From contig OX638337.1 in NCBI GenBank assembly GCA_951812855.1, positions 120,001 to 152,000 of the forward strand: a stretch of DNA of 32,000 bases. Reading direction: 5' to 3'. Source of the DNA: an uncultured Lentisphaeria bacterium. Lineage in GTDB: Bacteria; Verrucomicrobiota; Lentisphaeria; JABSQK01; JAJFLO01. Below, one piece after another: positions 25,806-32,000 of this stretch. The notes below the pieces were generated by a model, which saw nothing but the letters and a program-made list of their open reading frames with translations, was not told the DNA's origin and made no database searches. The translations under genes and the position numbers were made by a program. The first letter of the stretch is position 1. The number at the start of each line of letters is the position of its first letter.

Positions 25806-27386
25806 ATGGATGTACGGGTCCGGTTTGCGCCATCGCCTACAGGGCAGATTCATATTGGCAATATTAGAACTGCGATTTTTAATTGGTTATATGCCAGACA
25901 TAATAATGGAAAATTTTTGATTCGGGTTGAGGATACCGATAGGGAACGTTCGACTCAGGAAGCCATTGATATTCTATTTTCTGAATTAAAGTGGATAGGC
26001 CTTAATTATGATGAAACACCGATTTATCAGAGTAAACAAATAGAACATCATCGCGAACAGGCAGAAAAACTCTTAGATAATAAACATGCCTATAAATTTG
26101 CAAAAGGTGAGGGCGATGAAGCTGTTTTATTTAATATCCCATGGGATGATAATACGCTTAAAAATATTTCAACTTCTGGACAAATTGAGATTTCGATTCA
26201 TCCTGATATACCGGTTAAAATTTGCAAACAAGGGCTGTTCTATGCTTCAATAAGCAATAAAGGAAAGCCGATCCCAACCGAAGCCTGCCTTGCTGGATTC
26301 AAAGATTTAAGCATTATTGATTCCAATAATCAATGCCTGTTTCAGATTAACGATGAGATTCAACCTATATTGAATGGTGAAAAGACATGCGAAATCAAGA
26401 ATGGTCAAAGACTTAGATTTTTACGAAGAGAAGTCTATTTTGATGACCTGATTAAAGGTCGATTATCAAAGCCGCTGGACAGTATGAAAGATTTTGTCAT
26501 CGTTCGTGGAAATGGATCACCTGTATTTCACCTGGCCAATGTGTGTGATGATATTTTGCAAAATATTACCCATATAATTCGAGGCGATGATCATATTGAA
26601 AATACCTACCGGCATACATTGATATTCCAGGCAATTGATGCAGAATTGCCCTCTTTTACCCACATTCCCATGATTACTAACGAATGCGGTAAACCATATA
26701 GTAAACGTGATGGCGATGCCTTCCTCAGTGATTTAAGAGATATGGGTTATCTGCCGGAGGCCATATTAAATTATTTAACGTTACTTGGATGGTCTCCTGA
26801 TGATGATACTGAAAAGATGGGACAAAAGGAACTTATTTCACGATTTACTCTTGACCGGGTTCAGAATTCTCCTGCTAAGATGGATCAAAAAAAATTATTG
26901 AATCTAAATGGCCAGTACATGGAAGAAATTCCCCCGGAAGAATTTTCGCAGCACGTGACAGAAATAATTTCCGACCAGTCTTGGGGAAATAGTGTTGATC
27001 CAGATTATTTAGATGATGTTGCAAAATTAATGCAGTCACGAACTAAAACCTATAATCAGGTACAGGACTGGTCATATTTTTTTACAGATAATTTAAATTT
27101 CGATGAAAAAATCACCAACAGACACTTACAGAAACCCGGAATAAAAGAAGCGTTTTCGTTACTCGTAACATCATTCTCTGATTTGACATTTGAACTAAAT
27201 CATATCGAATCATGTATCTTAGATGTTACCGAATCTATTGGCGTTAAACCTGGAAAATTAAATCTACCACTTCGCATTGCACTCACCGGTACCAATGTCG
27301 GTGCCGGAATCTATGAGATCATATTGATTCTAGGCAAAGACAAGGTGATTCGTCGCCTGGACTACGCCATTAATAATTTAACTTAA
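25806..27386 (+). CDS. gltX: Glutamate--tRNA ligase
   Basis: VRVRFAPSPTGQIHIGNIRTA (HIGH-type motif), RVEDTDRERS, IIRGDDHIENT, and the KMSKS-equivalent KPYSKRDG. An enlarged segment (aa ~99-201) lies between AYKF and RLRFLRREVYFDD. Confidence 0.95.
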   Translation: MDVRVRFAPSPTGQIHIGNIRTAIFNWLYARHNNGKFLIRVEDTDRERSTQEAIDILFSELKWIGLNYDETPIYQSKQIEHHREQAEKLLDNKHAYKFAKGEGDEAVLFNIPWDDNTLKNISTSGQIEISIHPDIPVKICKQGLFYASISNKGKPIPTEACLAGFKDLSIIDSNNQCLFQINDEIQPILNGEKTCEIKNGQRLRFLRREVYFDDLIKGRLSKPLDSMKDFVIVRGNGSPVFHLANVCDDILQNITHIIRGDDHIENTYRHTLIFQAIDAELPSFTHIPMITNECGKPYSKRDGDAFLSDLRDMGYLPEAILNYLTLLGWSPDDDTEKMGQKELISRFTLDRVQNSPAKMDQKKLLNLNGQYMEEIPPEEFSQHVTEIISDQSWGNSVDPDYLDDVAKLMQSRTKTYNQVQDWSYFFTDNLNFDEKITNRHLQKPGIKEAFSLLVTSFSDLTFELNHIESCILDVTESIGVKPGKLNLPLRIALTGTNVGAGIYEIILILGKDKVIRRLDYAINNLT

Positions 27387-27517
27387 ATTAATGACACTTT
27401 ATTAACAGTCACTTTATTTTAGTTATTAACAAAGTTCATAACATCTTCCACTATAAATGGATACAATCCATAAAATTTCAAATCCACTATATTTAAATTA
27501 TACATAAGATATATTAT

Positions 27518-28354
27518 GCGACGTCTAATTTAATGATAACGGCTCGCTTTGGGATTGGTTTAAGGGCTGTTACCCCGATGACCGAAACCACGCTTAAATT
27601 TTCGAACCATTGACCGGTGAATTGACGATAAAAGTACGTACGTCATGCAGGAGACCCTCATCAAAAGGATATTCCCCATCAATCAGTCTGTCAGGTAAAG
27701 AAAAAGGTGGGAATCTTTATTGGCATTTGAGATGTCAAAAGAAACGCAGTCGCCTTTATGGAAGTGGCAAGCGAATTATTATCTCCAACCGTGTATCCCG
27801 TGATGATCGGCCTGATAGTGTTGATCTTAAAATTCGCATTGGGGATTGGGAAGTTGATATGGTTGTTACTGACAGGGAAAATAAAGAAGTAGTGTTTACC
27901 CTGGTTGAAGTGCGATCTGGATTTATATTGATATCAAAATTACCCGGTGTGAATCGTATCGCACCTCATAGGAAATCATTAATATGTTAAGGAATTATTC
28001 TAAAAACGTATTAACGATTACCGCTGATAATGGATTGGAGTCTGCATGTCATTAATTCGTTTCGTAAAGTATTAAAATCCGATTTTTAGTTTGCCCACAG
28101 CTTATAAATCCCGGGAACGGGGACTTAATAAAAATACGAATGGGCTGATCCGACAATATTTCCCTCGAAAATCAAATTTTAAGGATATCACGAGGCACGA
28201 GGTCGCAGTTTACAAAGGGTCACAAGACGATTCGGTTCAAGACCGGGGAAATGTTTGAATTATCTTACACTGAAAGAAGTATTCTATAAGGAAGGAATTG
28301 CACTTCACTGTTGAATTCTACCATTAAACAGTTTTTTTATCATATTAGCGTCGC
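27518..28354 (+). mobile_element. IS30-family insertion sequence relic (internally deleted, ~837 bp) with imperfect terminal inverted repeats
   Basis: IRL is gcgacgtctaatttaatgataa (27518-27539). The reverse complement of IRR (28337-28354) is gcgacgctaatatgataa. This gives 18 matched positions with two small gaps. The repeats enclose transposase fragments in three frames. Confidence 0.8.
27610..28314 (+). pseudogene. IS30-family DDE transposase pseudogene (multiple frameshifts, N-terminal HTH region deleted)
   Basis: Frame 1: LYWHLRCQKKRSRLYGSGKR...RPDSVDLKIRIGDWEVDMVV...VFTLVEVRSGFILISKL. Frame 0: TITADNGLES. Frame 2: AYKSRERGLNKNTNGLIRQYFPRKSNFKDIT, where the IS30 hallmark SWERGxNENTNGLIRQYFPK is mutated W>R and E>K. 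The tail reads LNYLTLKEVFYKEGIALHC. Confidence 0.8.
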
Positions 28355-28653
28355 CTGCCCTCCATAATTGTTAATAGCAAACTTCTAAACCATTTTCACA
28401 ATTTCATATTTTGTCTAGAGAGGATTGACAGGAAAAATTGATATCAACGTAATAACATTTTACACAAGTAACACGAATGTTTTTGTAAATCTTTTTCTCG
28501 ATGGTATATAAATATAACATTCTCTGTAATTCGCGAACAGATATATCTAATATATATATAGAGTCTTAATCTCAAACGAATATAGATTGGCGAAAACATA
28601 GACCTTTGTCCAGATATAAATGTTACTAAATCAATTATGTTTAAGGGATTATT

Positions 28654-29532
28654 TTGGCAACAACATCAATAATAAATACCTCACGCATTGCTATTGTAGG
28701 ACTTGGCCAACTCGGCGGTTCTCTGGCATTACGGTTAGGAGAGATAAAATGTCGTTCACTCTATGCAATTTCCAGAAACGAATCGTCAATTAAAGACGCG
28801 TTGGACAGAGGTATTCTTGAGGGAGGGAGTACGGATGCCAGTGATATTTTGCCTGTTGTCGATCTCACATTTATTTGCCTTCCTTTAACTGCATCAATTC
28901 AATTTGTCAAAGATAATATCGATCATTTCAGACCTGGAAGTATTGTTACAGACGTCGGAAGTGTTAAGGGTGATATTGTCCGTGAATTAAGACACATATT
29001 ATTGGATAAAGGTGTGTATTTTATAGGCGGACATCCTATGGCAGGGTCAGAAAAATCTGGTTGGAGTAATTGTAACTCTAAACTGTATCAGGATGCCGTT
29101 GTCTTTTTAACCCCAACTCCGGAAGATGAACCGATAGCAATTGATCTCGTCAAAAATGTCTGGCAGAATATCGGTGCTCGACCTATCGAAATCAGTGTAG
29201 ATCGTCATGATAAAACAGTTGCCTATACCAGCCATTTCATTCATTTGTTATCATCTGCAATTTGCAAGACTGTTTTCTCCGGCAGTGATGATGAGGCACA
29301 TGAATTAGCCTGTGGAGGAGCGTATAGAGATACAACACGAATTGCGTCCAGCAATGTAAATATGTGGACAGAGATTACGAAATATAATCACGAATTTATA
29401 AAAAATGCATTGGCAGATTTCAAAGATGAAATTAATTCTATAAATGATTATCTGGAAAATAAAAACTGGCAGGAAATTGAACGTTATTTTTCAGATGCAA
29501 AATCCAAACGTGATCAGTGGTTTAAACAGTAA
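28654..29532 (+). CDS. tyrA: Prephenate dehydrogenase
   Basis: Rossmann motif IAIVGLGQLGGSLA, VTDVGSVK, GGHPMAGSEKSG, and the C-terminal PDH helical domain. TTG start with an AAGGGA RBS 6-11 nt upstream. Confidence 0.88.
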   Translation: MATTSIINTSRIAIVGLGQLGGSLALRLGEIKCRSLYAISRNESSIKDALDRGILEGGSTDASDILPVVDLTFICLPLTASIQFVKDNIDHFRPGSIVTDVGSVKGDIVRELRHILLDKGVYFIGGHPMAGSEKSGWSNCNSKLYQDAVVFLTPTPEDEPIAIDLVKNVWQNIGARPIEISVDRHDKTVAYTSHFIHLLSSAICKTVFSGSDDEAHELACGGAYRDTTRIASSNVNMWTEITKYNHEFIKNALADFKDEINSINDYLENKNWQEIERYFSDAKSKRDQWFKQ

Positions 29533-29595
29533 ATACAGACTTCTTCCAGGCACTGGTAATTGAGCTGCTTTAATGCTCATGTACAGGGAAATAAT

Positions 29596-30021
29596 ATGAA
29601 AAATAAATCGGATAACAACTATAGCGATGATTTAATGTTATTAAAAAAAAGCGAACAAAGCTATCCGGATAATGATCCTGATTATAGAATATTGGAATCA
29701 TTTGACAACCGGTATAGTGATCGAGGATTTTGGGTAACCTTTGATTGCCCGGAATTCACGACGCGATGTCCAATTACCAATCAACCGGATTTTGGTAAAA
29801 TTGTTATCAGCTATATTCCCGGGAAAAAATGTATTGAAAGTAAATCATTAAAATTGTATCTCTTTTCATTTCGTAATTTTAGTACATTTCATGAAGAATC
29901 AATCAACAAAATAAGAGATGATTTAGTTGATGCCTGTTCACCTCAGGAGTTAATTGTAGAAGGTTTTTTTAATGCAAGAGGAGGAATAAGCATTAATGTA
30001 AAAACGACATACAAAGCGTAG
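29596..30021 (+). CDS. queF: NADPH-dependent 7-cyano-7-deazaguanine reductase QueF (type I)
   Basis: FTTRCPITNQPDFGKIVISYIP..CIESKSLKLYLFSFRN...FHE contains the catalytic Cys and the QueF motif E(S/L)K(S/A)hK(L/Y)(Y/F/W). ATG 29596 (preceded by AGGGA) is preferred to the TTG at 29560. Confidence 0.9.
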   Translation: MKNKSDNNYSDDLMLLKKSEQSYPDNDPDYRILESFDNRYSDRGFWVTFDCPEFTTRCPITNQPDFGKIVISYIPGKKCIESKSLKLYLFSFRNFSTFHEESINKIRDDLVDACSPQELIVEGFFNARGGISINVKTTYKA

Positions 30022-30102
30022 TTTAATCTTACTGCCCCCCCTGCTCTGTTTCTCAATATCCATTTGAACTTACATTAAAATTGTCTTCATTTCATATTAG
30101 AA

Positions 30103-30966
30103 ATGCCCACATTACAAAATATTTATTCAGAAATTGTCACTAAATTTCACTCTCACAATATTACAAGTCCGGAAGTCAATGCGGAATGGTTATTATCAAA
30201 GATACTTAAGCTGAAAAAAAGTGATTTTATTCTCAATGACGATTATCCGGTTTCAAAAGAACAAACGGATAAAATTCAATCATTTGTTGCACGTCATGTG
30301 AATGGCGAGCCGATTCAATACCTAACCGGTTCAACAGAATTCTATAATACTACTGTTTTAGTGGGACCCGGGGTATTAATCCCCCGACCGGAAACAGAAC
30401 GGGTAGTTGATATTGCATTAGAATTATATAAGAATGATAACGGAGCTATTCTTGACCTGTGCACAGGGTCTGGATGTATTCTTTTTGCTTTGTCAAGAGA
30501 ATTATCTTATTCAACTCAATGTGTCGGAATAGAGATTTCAGACACTGCAATCAAGTGGGCCCTGAAAAACCTCAATAATGATTCTGAATATTTTTATCCC
30601 TCAAATATTTCATTCATCCAGGGGAATCTGTTTGAACCGCTAAGACGTGATTTTAAGTTTGAGCTTATAACCGCAAATCCGCCTTATATTTCCAGTACAG
30701 AGTTTAATAATCTCCCTTTCACCGTTAAAAACTTTGAACCTCAGATGGCACTTTTAGCTGATAATAACGGTTTAAGGATATTAGAAAATATAGCAGAAAA
30801 AGCATGCGATTACTTAGAAAGAAACGGTTGGCTCATTTGTGAGATTGGTGAAGCTCAAGGTAAATCTGCATTAAAATGTTTCGACTATTATGGATTGAAA
30901 AATACTAAAATTTTGACGGATAACACGGGTCGGGAAAGAATTATCACAGGGCAGAACAAAGATTAA
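30103..30966 (+). CDS. prmC: Peptide chain release factor N5-glutamine methyltransferase PrmC/HemK
   Basis: EPIQYLTGSTEFY, SAM-binding ILDLCTGSGCI, and the catalytic ITANPPYIS (NPPY). Confidence 0.9.
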   Translation: MPTLQNIYSEIVTKFHSHNITSPEVNAEWLLSKILKLKKSDFILNDDYPVSKEQTDKIQSFVARHVNGEPIQYLTGSTEFYNTTVLVGPGVLIPRPETERVVDIALELYKNDNGAILDLCTGSGCILFALSRELSYSTQCVGIEISDTAIKWALKNLNNDSEYFYPSNISFIQGNLFEPLRRDFKFELITANPPYISSTEFNNLPFTVKNFEPQMALLADNNGLRILENIAEKACDYLERNGWLICEIGEAQGKSALKCFDYYGLKNTKILTDNTGRERIITGQNKD

Positions 30967-31117
30967 TTTTCTCAAAAATAGTTTAAATGTTTTCTAATAT
31001 TCACAACGGGATTTGACAATTAACATACACAACTTACTTGTTATAGCCTTTGATTTTAAATTGTTGATTGTTAAGTTCAACAGGAATCTCATCAATCATA
31101 AATCGTTATAAGTTACC

Positions 31118-31195
31118 GACCCCATCGTCTAGCCAGGCCTAGGACACTGGGTTTTCATCCCAGCAACACGGGTTCGAATCCCGTTGGGGTCACCA
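31118..31195 (+). tRNA. tRNA-Glu (anticodon UUC), CCA encoded
   Basis: Acceptor GACCCCA/TGGGGTC; D arm GTCTAGCCAGGCCTAGGAC; anticodon stem CTGGG/CCCAG with loop TTTTCAT; T arm ACGGG-TTCGAAT-CCCGT; discriminator A plus CCA. Collinear with the canonical bacterial tRNA-Glu. Confidence 0.93.
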
Positions 31196-31239
31196 ATCCC
31201 TCAGCAACCCAACCAGTCTAACATTAATTTGAATGATCT

Positions 31240-31878
31240 ATGATTGATATAAAATATTTTACATTCAATGGATTCCGGGAAAACACGTTTTTGCTTTTTG
31301 ACAAGACCAAAGAATGTGTGATTATTGATCCGGGATGTAACGACCCGTATGAAGAAAAGCAACTGGTTGATTTTATTGAAGATCACGATCTGACTCCTAA
31401 AATTATTCTCAATACACATTGCCACATAGACCATGTCATGGGAAACAAATTCATTGTTGACAGATTTAATATCCCATTATTATTCAACAAAATTGAGTGT
31501 CCTGTTCTTAACGCTGCGGTTGGCTATGCAGACGCCTGTAATATTCAGTACACCCCCTCCCCTGCGGCAACTGATTACATATCCGAAGCCGATACCATTG
31601 AATTTGGCAAATCAAAATTATCAATAGTATTTGTTCCCGGCCATAGTCCCGGCCACATTGCATTTGTTTGTGATGACCAGAAATTTGTCATCAGTGGTGA
31701 TGTATTATTTCAAGGAAGTATTGGCAGAACAGATTTACCCGGTGGTGATTTTGCTGCCCTGGCAGAGAGTATTAAGACTAAATTTTTTACTTTGAGCGAC
31801 GATTTTCAGATATATCCGGGACATGGCCCGTCAACCAATATTGCATTTGAGAAAGCAAATAATCCGTTTTTATCTTAA
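31240..31878 (+). CDS. MBL-fold metallo-hydrolase (glyoxalase II-like)
   Basis: Metal-binding HCHIDH, plus later GHSPGH, GDVLF and PGHG. 212 aa, typical of YcbL/GloB-like hydrolases. Confidence 0.85.
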   Translation: MIDIKYFTFNGFRENTFLLFDKTKECVIIDPGCNDPYEEKQLVDFIEDHDLTPKIILNTHCHIDHVMGNKFIVDRFNIPLLFNKIECPVLNAAVGYADACNIQYTPSPAATDYISEADTIEFGKSKLSIVFVPGHSPGHIAFVCDDQKFVISGDVLFQGSIGRTDLPGGDFAALAESIKTKFFTLSDDFQIYPGHGPSTNIAFEKANNPFLS

Positions 31879-32000
31879 AACTATTTTTGATCTCCGGTTT
31901 TTAGAAAACATTCTAAAGAATACTTACATTTTTATCGCTTTATGGGCTCTTTCCTGATGCTCGATATTTTTACATATCGTTACCAGATCACAGCCTGCAG

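Noticed and set aside
28515-28545. ctgtaattcgcgaacag upstream of tyrA as a LexA (CTGT-N8-ACAG) or TyrR box (TGTAAA-N6-TTTACA).
   Set aside because: The spacing is N9 rather than N8 and the centre is not symmetric. The right TyrR half-site does not match. Only the TTCGCGAA core is palindromic.
31924-32000. A possible 3' end of a minus-strand CDS running off the window (reads ...AGCDLVTICKNIEHQERAHKAIKM, stop at 31926-31924).
   Set aside because: Only 24 codons are visible, which is too short to support a call or a function.
1-32000. CRISPR arrays, rRNA genes, prophage or integrase genes, or an intact multi-gene defence system.
   Set aside because: No regularly spaced direct repeats, rRNA-like sequence, or phage or integrase ORFs were seen on either strand. 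The only defence-like genes are the decayed fragments at 23742-24649.

Overview
This is a low-GC, densely coding bacterial chromosomal segment made up almost entirely of housekeeping genes. They are grpE-dnaJ, pdxS-pdxT, rpmB, pssA, uvrB, queC, xseB, polA, priA, msrB, two tandem trans-sulfuration PLP enzymes, a CaCA antiporter, gltX, tyrA-queF-prmC and an MBL hydrolase. There are three tRNAs: Lys-UUU, Tyr-GUA and Glu-UUC. A YtxJ-type monothiol protein and the L28 sequence type hint at an uncultured FCB-group-like lineage, but that is inference only. I found no CRISPR array, rRNA, prophage or intact multi-gene accessory system, and I do not see a convincing intact novel system. The most interesting items are as follows. 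(1) A response-regulator-fused class III cyclase has substrate-specifying residues Glu/Gly (guanylate-cyclase-like) and an unassigned PilZ-like C-terminal module. (2) A diverged direct repeat at the 3' end of pdxS displaces the canonical ...HRGW terminus into another frame. (3) A ~1 kb graveyard holds a nucleotidyltransferase-like fragment convergent with a P-loop NTPase pseudogene, possibly a dead defence or TA-like cassette. (4) A secreted Ig-like/cadherin-like repeat protein reads through a terminator hairpin and sits downstream of a (CT)11 microsatellite. (5) A deleted IS30-family relic still has recognisable inverted repeats. There are unusually many independent gene-decay lesions for 32 kb. 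This suggests either genome erosion or consensus/assembly errors.
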